48,709 nt of DNA, taken from contig JANXXY010000188.1 of NCBI GenBank assembly GCA_025350365.1, forward strand, positions 1 through 48,709. Reading direction: 5' to 3'. Source of the stretch: Bacteroidales bacterium (lineage in GTDB: Bacteria; Bacteroidota; Bacteroidia; Bacteroidales; JAAUTT01). The notes beneath the pieces are model-generated. The model saw nothing but the letters and a program-made list of their open reading frames with translations. It ran no database searches and was not told the DNA's origin. A program made the position numbers and the translations under genes. The first letter of the stretch is position 1. The number at the start of each line of letters is the position of its first letter. Shown here in pieces: positions 10,295 to 18,237 of this stretch.

Positions 10295-11128
10295 ATGGCC
10301 TCTACAAAGCAAACAATACTGGTACCTACCGATTTTACTATGGTGGCAGAGTATGCGATTGAACATGCAGTGAAATTTTCTAAAATTCTGAAAAAGGAAA
10401 TCCTCTTGCTCCATATCATTAAAAAGGAGTCGGAATATTTGGAAGCAACCCAAGCCATTCAAGCACTGGCAGAGGCTACATTCAAAAAATTTGGTGTGCA
10501 ACCTCATGTGATGGTCCGCGAAGGAAGCATTTTTTCGACTATAGGTGAAGTTTCTAACGAAGTTAATGCCGAACTAGTAATAATGGGAACCCATGGAATG
10601 ATTGGTCTGCAAAAAATTATCGGCAGCTGGGCGCTTAAGGTTATTATTACTTCCAAGGCACCGTTTATTGTGGTGCAAAATTCACCGAAAAATGAAAAGA
10701 TGGAAAAGATCGTTTTTCCTATTGACTTCAAAAAGGAGAACAAGGAAAAAATTGGTTGGGCTGGGTACATTGCAAGATTATTCGGTGCAAAAGTGGTAGT
10801 TTTTAAATCAAACTTTCGCGATAAATCGTTTGTGCAGGAAACAAAACGAAATATGGAGTTTACCGAAAAGTTTTTCAAGTTTAAGGAAGTGAATTATGAG
10901 ATTGTTTCGGCCATTCCAAAAAAGAATTTCGCTGATCAGACGATGGATTTTGCCCACAGCATAGATGCAGATCTTATATTGGTTACAACTACCAAATCAA
11001 TTAATGTTACCGATTATATTTTGGGCGCTTCGGAGCAATATGTCATTGCTAACAGTGCACATATTCCGGTGATGTGTATAAATCCCCGTCCTTCGAAGGT
11101 TGGAAGTTTTAGTACCTCGGGTGGGTAA
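10295..11128 (+). CDS. tandem-domain universal stress protein
   Basis: 277 aa with two UspA-like halves. The first carries LVIMGTHGMIGLQKIIGSWA (close to G-2x-G-9x-G-S/T). The second (LILVTTTKS...ILGASEQYV) is degenerate. Confidence 0.85.
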   Translation: MASTKQTILVPTDFTMVAEYAIEHAVKFSKILKKEILLLHIIKKESEYLEATQAIQALAEATFKKFGVQPHVMVREGSIFSTIGEVSNEVNAELVIMGTHGMIGLQKIIGSWALKVIITSKAPFIVVQNSPKNEKMEKIVFPIDFKKENKEKIGWAGYIARLFGAKVVVFKSNFRDKSFVQETKRNMEFTEKFFKFKEVNYEIVSAIPKKNFADQTMDFAHSIDADLILVTTTKSINVTDYILGASEQYVIANSAHIPVMCINPRPSKVGSFSTSGG

Positions 11129-11130
11129 TT

Positions 11131-11230
11131 TAAATAAGATGAAATAAGATGAAATAAGATGAAATAAATAGAAATAAGTGGAAAGAAGTGGAAATACATT
11201 GTCGCAAAATAAGAATAAATAAGAATACAC
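11131..11230. repeat. 10-bp tandem repeat array (GAAATAAGAT-like, about 7 units, then AATAAGAATA x2)
   Basis: Read directly: taaataagat gaaataagat gaaataagat gaaataaata gaaataagtg gaaagaagtg gaaatacatt ... aataagaata aataagaata. It starts 3 nt after the usp stop and ends before the terminator hairpin. Confidence 0.85.
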
Positions 11231-11249
11231 AAGGCTAAAACAAATCCAT

Positions 11250-11285
11250 AAGGATGTCAACTTTCCAGTTGTCATCCTTTTTTGT
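11250..11285 (+). terminator. rho-independent terminator of the usp gene
   Basis: aaggatgtcaac / gttgtcatcctt form a 12-bp stem with one central mismatch and a 6-nt loop, followed by ttttttgtttc. Confidence 0.6.
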
Positions 11286-11316
11286 TTCTTTGCATTAGAA
11301 ATCAATCATCTATTAA

Positions 11317-11925
11317 ATGCAGCATAAAATTGTATTTGCCACAAATAATCCTCATAAATTGAAGGAAATACAAAGCTTGTTAGGCAATCATTTTCAGCTT
11401 TTAAGCTTGAAGGAAATAGGTTTTGAAGGAGATATCCCTGAGAATCAGACAACTTTGGAAGGAAATGCTCTTGAGAAAGCACGATACATTTTTGATAAAT
11501 ACGCTTTTCCTTGTTTTGCCGATGATACAGGACTTGAAGTAGATGCTCTGGGAGGAGAGCCCGGTGTTTATTCCGCCCGTTATGCCGGGCCATTGCAAAA
11601 TTATGGAGCGGAGGAAAAACGGTCGGCAGCAAATATTAGTAAACTGTTGGCAAAACTGTCGGGTAACCCCAATAGAAACGCTCGTTTTAGGACTGTAATC
11701 GCTTATCTTGACGGCAAGGAGGAACACTTTTTTGAAGGAATAGTAAACGGATCTATCATTGATGTAAGGCGCGGCTCAGAAGGTTTTGGATACGATCCCG
11801 TTTTTATTCCCGAAGGACAAACGGGCACGTTTGCTGAAATATCGTTGTCGGAGAAAAACAAAATAAGCCATCGTGCCAGAGCTTTTGCCCTGTTTGTAGA
11901 ACATATGAAGCGGCAGAAGTCGTAA
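11317..11925 (+). CDS. rdgB: non-canonical purine NTP (dITP/XTP) pyrophosphatase
   Basis: 202 aa. It shows FATNNPHKLKEI, DDTGLEVDAL.G.PGVYSARY, FGYDPVF and SHRA.A, the HAM1/RdgB signature blocks. Confidence 0.9.
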   Translation: MQHKIVFATNNPHKLKEIQSLLGNHFQLLSLKEIGFEGDIPENQTTLEGNALEKARYIFDKYAFPCFADDTGLEVDALGGEPGVYSARYAGPLQNYGAEEKRSAANISKLLAKLSGNPNRNARFRTVIAYLDGKEEHFFEGIVNGSIIDVRRGSEGFGYDPVFIPEGQTGTFAEISLSEKNKISHRARAFALFVEHMKRQKS

Positions 11926-11980
11926 ACAAGTTGTAAAAATGAGTACTGAATACCAATTTCTGAGTAATGCGAATTAAGGG

Positions 11981-12200
11981 TTGATAGCCGTTGGTTTTAA
12001 TTAACGATATTAAATGCGCTAATATTTAAGGCTTTAGCTAAGTTATTTTTTATGTTTTAGCTAAAGCCAAATTAAACTTTCAATTCGTTCCGCCAGCTAA
12101 AGCAGGCGGCTATTAAGAAATCTCAACTCTTAATAAGCCTGAAATTAATTGCACGAATTAAGATTGGAATCTTAATTAACCCGAAGGCTTGGCATTTTTA
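11981..12200. repeat. hairpin-rich REP-like intergenic element(s)
   Basis: Three features were read directly. There is a perfect 12-bp IR ggctttagctaa (12030-12041) / ttagctaaagcc (12057-12068). There is a perfect 10-bp palindrome aattaagatt-gg-aatcttaatt (about 12147-12168). ttgatagccg (11981-11990) is complementary to cggctattaa (about 12107-12116), allowing one G-U pair. The word GCTAAAGC occurs three times. Confidence 0.5.
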
Positions 12201-12244
12201 TAGAATTTTGATTTACTTAGTACTTGATACTGACTTTCTAAAAT

Positions 12245-14545
12245 ATGAATAAAGTTGTAAGTACCCTATTGCTTTCTCTAATTCTTGGGACACTATTTGC
12301 TCAGATACCTGTTGGCTCTTGGCGCGACCATTTGCCTTATTCGCGTTGCATAAAAGTGGTTAAAATTGATAATAAAATAGTTGTAGCCACTGAAAATAAT
12401 CTTTTCACTTACAATACTTCCGATAATAGCTTCGAAAAGCTTTCGAAAATTAGTGGTCTTTCCGATATGGGAATTAGTACCATGGAGTATAATCCTGAAA
12501 AAAAAATACTCCTTGTAGCATACGCAAATGGTAATATTGATATTATAAAAGGAAATGTCATCAGCAATATTGCTGATGTTAAAAAGAAAGTGATGACCGG
12601 TTCAAAGAAAGCGAATCACATCTTTTTCCTCGGTAATTTCGCATACATGTCCTTTTCATTTGGGATTGTAGTTTTGGATTTGGAACGTTTAGAAATAAAA
12701 GACACCTATATGGTTGGCGAAGCAGGTGCAGTTTACGAAGTATTTTCGACAGTTGCGGATAATACCTCCCTTTATGCCGCCACTTCCAAAGGGATTTTTA
12801 AAGCGGATATCAACGACCCATTTCTGGTTGATTACAACCGATGGCATCGTATCCTTGATATCCCCAATAACATAGGTAAATTTGATAAGCTGGCAATTTT
12901 TCAAGGTAAAATAATTGCTAACTATTTTGGAGAGGCAGATAATACTGATGTGCTTTATTATTTTGAAAATAATATATGGAAATCGTTTCTACCAAATGCT
13001 AAAACACATAAAAATGAACTTCGGGTATCGGGTAATTGGTTGATGATGTCAGGTCTGAATCAGGGCTACACTATTAACCAAAACTTTGACATCACTGATA
13101 CCTATGATTCTTATGGGTTTGATTCTTCGCGACCTCGAAGTTCGATGGTGGATGAAGGAGGAAATTTATGGATTGCCGATGAACTCTATGGCCTGGTTAG
13201 CAGACCAGCAAATGTAAACCAATTTGCAAGTTTTTATCCAAAAGGACCTGCAACAAATAATGTAAGAGAAATGCTTTGGTCCAATGGAACGCTCTATGTT
13301 ACCGGCGGAGGCACAGATGTCTCGTGGAATAACCTTTTTAATCGTGGAGAATTGTTTCGTTTTTCGAACGAAACGTGGAATAATATCAGAAATGAAAACG
13401 TGTTTGACTTTACATGCATTGCTCCTGATCCTGCCGATCCTGCAAAAGTATATATTGGATCGTGGGGAAAAGGGGTATTTTCGTATGCGGGAAACGAATT
13501 GGCCGTAAATTATACCTATTCCAACAGCAATTTGCAAACCATTATTCCCGGAGATAATTATGTAAGAATTGGCGGAATGGTTTCTGATGAAGCCAAAAAC
13601 CTTTGGATAACAAACAGCGGAGTGAACTCTCCTCTGGTAGTGAGAAAAGCTGATAATCAATGGAAATCTTTTCAACTGGGTTCTTATCTTAATGTTCCAA
13701 CCGTGGGAACTATCCATCGCGACCATGCAGGAAAATTCTGGGTTGTTCTGCCTCGTGGTTATGGGATATTTGTTTTCGATGCCAATGGAACCATTGATAA
13801 TGAATCGGATGACCGTTTTGTGAAATTTAAACCCATAAGCGCCAATGGAGATATAATCAATTACATTTATTTCATTACAAGTGATAATGATGGAACTGTT
13901 TGGGTAGGAACAGATCATGGTGTGGTAGTGTATTCCAACCCCGAAAATGTGTTCAAAGGTGAAACGGCTGGCGTGCAACCTGCAATTCGCAGAAATGATG
14001 GCACAGATATTATTGATCCTTTACTTGGATCGGAAACCGTAAATTGCATAGCGGTTGATGGCGCAAATCGTAAATGGTTTGGAACGGAAAAGGGCGGGAC
14101 TTATTTGTTCTCCCCGGATGGAACCAAACAAATCACTCATTTTAACACCGATAACAGCCCATTGTTTTCCAACAGCGTCAAAAGTATTGCGATTGACGGA
14201 AAAAGTGGAGAAGTGTTTTTTGGAACTGATCAGGGAATTATTTCGTATCGTTCCAACTCAACTTTGGCTAATGATGATTTCACCAATGTATATGTTTTTC
14301 CTAATCCGGTACGTGAAGATTATCATGGCGATATTACCGTTACAGGATTAATTGCTGATTGTTCAGTGAAAATAACCGATATTTCGGGAAACCTCGTATA
14401 CGAAACTAAATCGCTCGGTGGGCAGGCTGTCTGGAATGGCAAAACAGGCGGAGGGCAACGCGTTGCTACAGGTGTATACCTAGTTTTCTGTTCCAACGAT
14501 GATGGATCTAAAACATTTGTTACCAAGATGCTTGTGATTCATTGA
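12245..14545 (+). CDS. porZ: PorZ-like type IX secretion component (double beta-propeller plus T9SS C-terminal sorting domain)
   Basis: 766 aa with a signal peptide (LLLSLILGTLFAQ) and propeller-type repeats throughout (WIGT/WVGTDHGV-like). The C-terminal CTD reads VFPNPVREDYHGDITVTGL...ITDISGNLVYE...WNGKT..GQRVATGVYLV. Size and layout match PorZ, but I cannot exclude another propeller-CTD cargo protein. Confidence 0.6.
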   Translation: MNKVVSTLLLSLILGTLFAQIPVGSWRDHLPYSRCIKVVKIDNKIVVATENNLFTYNTSDNSFEKLSKISGLSDMGISTMEYNPEKKILLVAYANGNIDIIKGNVISNIADVKKKVMTGSKKANHIFFLGNFAYMSFSFGIVVLDLERLEIKDTYMVGEAGAVYEVFSTVADNTSLYAATSKGIFKADINDPFLVDYNRWHRILDIPNNIGKFDKLAIFQGKIIANYFGEADNTDVLYYFENNIWKSFLPNAKTHKNELRVSGNWLMMSGLNQGYTINQNFDITDTYDSYGFDSSRPRSSMVDEGGNLWIADELYGLVSRPANVNQFASFYPKGPATNNVREMLWSNGTLYVTGGGTDVSWNNLFNRGELFRFSNETWNNIRNENVFDFTCIAPDPADPAKVYIGSWGKGVFSYAGNELAVNYTYSNSNLQTIIPGDNYVRIGGMVSDEAKNLWITNSGVNSPLVVRKADNQWKSFQLGSYLNVPTVGTIHRDHAGKFWVVLPRGYGIFVFDANGTIDNESDDRFVKFKPISANGDIINYIYFITSDNDGTVWVGTDHGVVVYSNPENVFKGETAGVQPAIRRNDGTDIIDPLLGSETVNCIAVDGANRKWFGTEKGGTYLFSPDGTKQITHFNTDNSPLFSNSVKSIAIDGKSGEVFFGTDQGIISYRSNSTLANDDFTNVYVFPNPVREDYHGDITVTGLIADCSVKITDISGNLVYETKSLGGQAVWNGKTGGGQRVATGVYLVFCSNDDGSKTFVTKMLVIH

Positions 14546-14715
14546 CATAATTTGCAAATAGAGTTCACTTAAAAATATTCGTACTTTTTGAATAATATTC
14601 TGATTAAGATTTAAATTTCAAAACCAACAAAACCTATTCGATTTTGTTATTAGAATTGTTGTGATTGAAAAACAACATGGATGACAATGGTTTGTAATTT
14701 ATAACTTCCCTCCAT

Positions 14716-15792
14716 ATGATTAATTCATCAAATTTAGCTAAAAGCATTGGGTTATTAACCAATTTAATGAATGATAAGGACAGAAAGTCTATTTCAAAAT
14801 TAATTACCGAATTTACAACATTGGCTTTTCAACAGCGGTGTATTCCCCGACATTATTTTTCTCGTTATGTTTATAAGAAAGAACGACAAAATATTTTTGA
14901 TTTTCTACCAAGCCATTTTCTAGGTAAAATGAAGGCTAAGTTTAACGATCGGGAAGTAACAGAAGTGGTAGAAAATAAGTTGTATTTCAATTTTTTCTAT
15001 GGACAGTTTGATGTCAGTTTACCGAAAATATTGATATATAATCATAAAAAAATATTTATTCTTGGAAATCGCAGTTTTGAAATTAATAACTCCGAGGATT
15101 TTCGCCTGCTATTGTTAAATTTGATTCCTAATCACGATTCTGAAAGCTCAATCTTCATTAAAAGCACTTACGGAACATACGGTGGTGACAAGGTTTATAA
15201 GATTACATCCGAACAGTTATCCAAAAACACCGATATGATCAAAACTCTATATCAGGAAATATCAAACGGCGGTTATCTATTTCAGGAAACGATCAGGCAA
15301 CATCCTGTATTGGACAAATTAAACCCATCATGCATCAATACAATCCGTTTCGATACTTTTATTGACCGAACGGGAAAAGTTGAAATTATATCGGCTCATA
15401 TCCGTATGAGTATTAATAATTTACATGTTGATAATATTGGCTCAGGAGGTTGTGCAGTTGCTATAAACCTTGAGACCGGACGACTTAAAAAATATGGATA
15501 TATGCCTTTTAATAGAAGTGGAGGTAAGCTATTAACAGAACATCCGTTAACAAAAACGATTTTCGAAAATTTTGAAATACCTTATTTTGAAATGGCAAAA
15601 GAGATGGTTTTAAAAGCTGCTTCAATTATGCCAGGATTACGACTTATTGGATGGGATGTGGGTATAGGGGTTTCAAAACCAGTTCTGATTGAAGGAAATT
15701 CAGATTATGATATTAGCGGAAGTGACCTTATGTTTGGGGGATATGGCGCCAATCACGTTTTTAAAAAAGCGCTTGAAGAAATGGATTCGTAA
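14716..15792 (+). CDS. stand-alone ATP-grasp protein (sugar-transfer-associated / alpha-L-glutamate-ligase-like type)
   Basis: 358 aa. The blocks IFIKSTYGTYGGDKVYKI, LFQETIRQHPVLDKLNPSCINTIRFDTF, AHIRMS...VDNIGSGGCAVAINLETGRL and LIGWDVGIGVSKPVLIEGNS resemble the ATPgrasp_ST family as I remember it. The family call is unverified. Confidence 0.55.
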   Translation: MINSSNLAKSIGLLTNLMNDKDRKSISKLITEFTTLAFQQRCIPRHYFSRYVYKKERQNIFDFLPSHFLGKMKAKFNDREVTEVVENKLYFNFFYGQFDVSLPKILIYNHKKIFILGNRSFEINNSEDFRLLLLNLIPNHDSESSIFIKSTYGTYGGDKVYKITSEQLSKNTDMIKTLYQEISNGGYLFQETIRQHPVLDKLNPSCINTIRFDTFIDRTGKVEIISAHIRMSINNLHVDNIGSGGCAVAINLETGRLKKYGYMPFNRSGGKLLTEHPLTKTIFENFEIPYFEMAKEMVLKAASIMPGLRLIGWDVGIGVSKPVLIEGNSDYDISGSDLMFGGYGANHVFKKALEEMDS

Positions 15793-15865
15793 TAAACTAA
15801 TGTAAATGATGTAGTAAAATATAAATTTAGATCGTGACCAGAATCGAACATTTTAATTTTTAGAA

Positions 15866-15896
15866 AAAATCCCGGTAGCTTTACTTCCGGGATTTT
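15866..15896. terminator. bidirectional terminator hairpin between convergent genes
   Basis: aaaatcccgg (15866-15875) and ccgggatttt (15887-15896) form a perfect 10-bp stem with A-run and T-run flanks. It sits between the ATP-grasp stop (15792) and the dapL stop (15906). Confidence 0.7.
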
Positions 15897-15905
15897 TCAT
15901 AAATA

Positions 15906-17138
15906 TCATTCAAATAATTTTGTAATTCTTTCCATCGCTTCTATTACGTTGGCGCGCTCAGCAAAAGCTGAAAAACGGAAATATCCTTCTCCTGAGGGAC
16001 CGAATCCGGCACCAGGTGTTCCAACTACATTGATTTCGTGTAAAAGCTTGTCGAAAAACTCCCACGATTTCATATTATTTTTGGTCTTCACCCATACATA
16101 TGGCGCATTTATCCCTCCAAAAACTTTAAAACCCAACGAGGTAAGACTTTGATTCATAATACGGGCATTTTCGAGATAAAAATTAATTACCTCCTTTACT
16201 TCTTTTTTGCCTTGTTCACTATAAATAGCTGCAGCGGCCTTTTGTACCGGGTACGAAACTCCATTGAATTTCGTAGTATGCCGACGCATCCATAATGGTT
16301 TCACTTGGTGAGCATTTCCAATACTGTCATAAGCTACAAGTTCTGAAGGAATTACTGTAAATGCACAACGAGTACCTGTAAAACCGGCCGTTTTAGAAAA
16401 ACTTCGAAACTCAATCGCAACCTTCTTTGCCCCTTCAATTTCGAAAATAGAATGTGGAATATTTTTGTCGGTAATGAAAGCTTCATACGCGGCATCATAT
16501 AGGATAATCGATTTATTGGCAATCGCGTAATCTACCCATTTTTTTAAAACTTCCTTAGTTGCCACTGTTCCTGTTGGATTGTTTGGAAAACAAAGAAAAA
16601 TCAAATCAGGACGTTGTATGGGAAGATCAGGAATAAATCTATTGCCTTCGTTGCATGGCATATAAATAATTTTCTCGAAGTATCCATTCTCCTGATAAAT
16701 ACCGGTTTTACCCGACATTACAGTAGTATCGGCATACACGGGATAAACCGGATCGCAAATTCCAATTTTATTATCTAATCCAAAAATTTCCTGTATATTA
16801 CCTGTATCACATTTAGAGCCATCGGAAATAAAAATATCGTCAGCCGAAATATCAACCCCTCTGGCCTCGAAATCGTTTTTAGCAATGGCTTCGCGTAAAA
16901 ATTCATATCCCTGCTCAGGACCATATCCTTTGAATGTGGCAACGTTGCCCATTTCTTCCACACCCTCGTGAAACGCTTTTAAAACGGAAGGGACAAGAGG
17001 TTGTGTTACGTCGCCAATTCCCATCCGGATGATTTTTTTATCAGGATGTGCCAGTGAAAATTCTTTAACCCGTCTGCCAATTTCCGGAAACAAATATCCG
17101 GCCTTTAATTTCAAATAATGTTCGTTGATTAATGCCAT
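15906..17138 (-). CDS. dapL: LL-diaminopimelate aminotransferase
   Basis: 410 aa. It begins [24 protein letters not shown]...[10 protein letters not shown] and contains [13 protein letters not shown] (PLP-Lys block), the typical DapL N-terminus and length. Confidence 0.9.
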   Translation of the reverse strand: MALINEHYLKLKAGYLFPEIGRRVKEFSLAHPDKKIIRMGIGDVTQPLVPSVLKAFHEGVEEMGNVATFKGYGPEQGYEFLREAIAKNDFEARGVDISADDIFISDGSKCDTGNIQEIFGLDNKIGICDPVYPVYADTTVMSGKTGIYQENGYFEKIIYMPCNEGNRFIPDLPIQRPDLIFLCFPNNPTGTVATKEVLKKWVDYAIANKSIILYDAAYEAFITDKNIPHSIFEIEGAKKVAIEFRSFSKTAGFTGTRCAFTVIPSELVAYDSIGNAHQVKPLWMRRHTTKFNGVSYPVQKAAAAIYSEQGKKEVKEVINFYLENARIMNQSLTSLGFKVFGGINAPYVWVKTKNNMKSWEFFDKLLHEINVVGTPGAGFGPSGEGYFRFSAFAERANVIEAMERITKLFE

Positions 17139-17348
17139 ACAAAATATTTAAGTCGTAAGATACGAATTGTAAGTAACTTTCTATACTTACCAAAGGGAAT
17201 TTTACGAAAAACTAAAAACTAACTATGTCAATTAACAGTCGAAAGTAATAGAAAATACTTTCCAGTTTTCTACTTTGACGACAAAGATATTAAATAAATA
17301 ATTAGGTACTTTTACCCAAAACAGAAACTCAAAACATTCTACAAACCC

Positions 17349-18200
17349 ATGAATAATTTTGTTAAAGCCCACGGCCTTGGAAATGAATATATTGTTTTAG
17401 ACAGCACCGAAATTGATTTCAGCCTTACAACTGAACTAATTCAAAAAATATGCAATGTGCATTATGGCCTTGGGTCAGATGGTATATTGTTAAAAGTACC
17501 CAGTAATAAAGCCGATTTTGGGTTACGAATTTTTAATCCCGATGGCTCGGAAGCAGAAAAAAGCGGCAATGGATTACGAATTTTTTCGAAGTACTTGTTT
17601 GATTATAACCATACAACATTCGATAAATTTACCATCGAGACCCCCGGAGGCCTAGTGACATCCGAAATAATTGAGAAAAGGAATCTGAAAGCTTTTATGA
17701 TCAAGGTGGATATGGGGAAAGCTGTTTTTATCGCTAAAAATATTCCTGTAATCTTTTCGAAAGAAGAATGTTTTGGAGAAGAGCTAATTGTTGAAGACAA
17801 AAAATTTATGATTCATTGCGTTTCAGTGGGTAATCCGCATTGTGTTATTTTGACTGATACACTTAATGATGCAGAAACCAGAAAATATGGCCCTATCATT
17901 GAAAACCTTCCAATGTTCCCAAACCGCACAAATGTTCAGTTTGCACAAGTCATTAACCATAAGTTGGTGGAAATAAGAATTTGGGAAAGAGGAGCCGGAT
18001 ACACATTGGCATCGGGCAGTTCGTCGAGCGCAGTGGCATGTGCCATGATTAAAAAAGGGCTCACTGATAGAAATTTAACTATTCAAATGCCTGGAGGCAC
18101 CTTAAAAATTGACGTAGCCGAAGACTGGAGCATTCGTATGACAGGCGAAGTGCGTGAAGTGGCCTCAGGGGTATTGAGTGATGAGTTAGTGAGAGCTTAA
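17349..18200 (+). CDS. dapF: diaminopimelate epimerase
   Basis: 283 aa. It shows KAHGLGNEY, IFNPDGSEAEKSGNG.R, SVGNPHCV and ERGAGYTLASGS. Confidence 0.9.
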   Translation: MNNFVKAHGLGNEYIVLDSTEIDFSLTTELIQKICNVHYGLGSDGILLKVPSNKADFGLRIFNPDGSEAEKSGNGLRIFSKYLFDYNHTTFDKFTIETPGGLVTSEIIEKRNLKAFMIKVDMGKAVFIAKNIPVIFSKEECFGEELIVEDKKFMIHCVSVGNPHCVILTDTLNDAETRKYGPIIENLPMFPNRTNVQFAQVINHKLVEIRIWERGAGYTLASGSSSSAVACAMIKKGLTDRNLTIQMPGGTLKIDVAEDWSIRMTGEVREVASGVLSDELVRA

Positions 18201-18237
18201 TGATAGTGAAATTTGTACTTTTTTTAACATTTGAATC

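Noticed and set aside
11131-11230. Possible CRISPR array
   Set aside because: The units are 10 bp and contiguous with no spacers. There are no cas genes in the window. It is a microsatellite-like tandem repeat, not a CRISPR array.
10997-11305. 102-aa and 72-aa minus-strand ORFs spanning the usp 3' end and the 10-bp repeat array
   Set aside because: Their repetitive sequence (LFHLISSYFILF...) is simply the translation of the tandem repeat. They also run through the usp terminator hairpin.
13166-13978. 270-aa ORF antisense to the PorZ-like gene
   Set aside because: It lies entirely inside a 766-aa gene with a coherent domain structure. Its translation is compositionally odd (I/F/R/N/S-rich) with no motif, signal or independent start context. 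I treat it as a shadow ORF.
17139-18237. Lysine riboswitch or T-box-like leader upstream of dapF/lysA or dapL
   Set aside because: I saw no extended conserved-looking multi-helix structure or terminator/antiterminator pair. Only the imperfect inverted repeat is reported separately.
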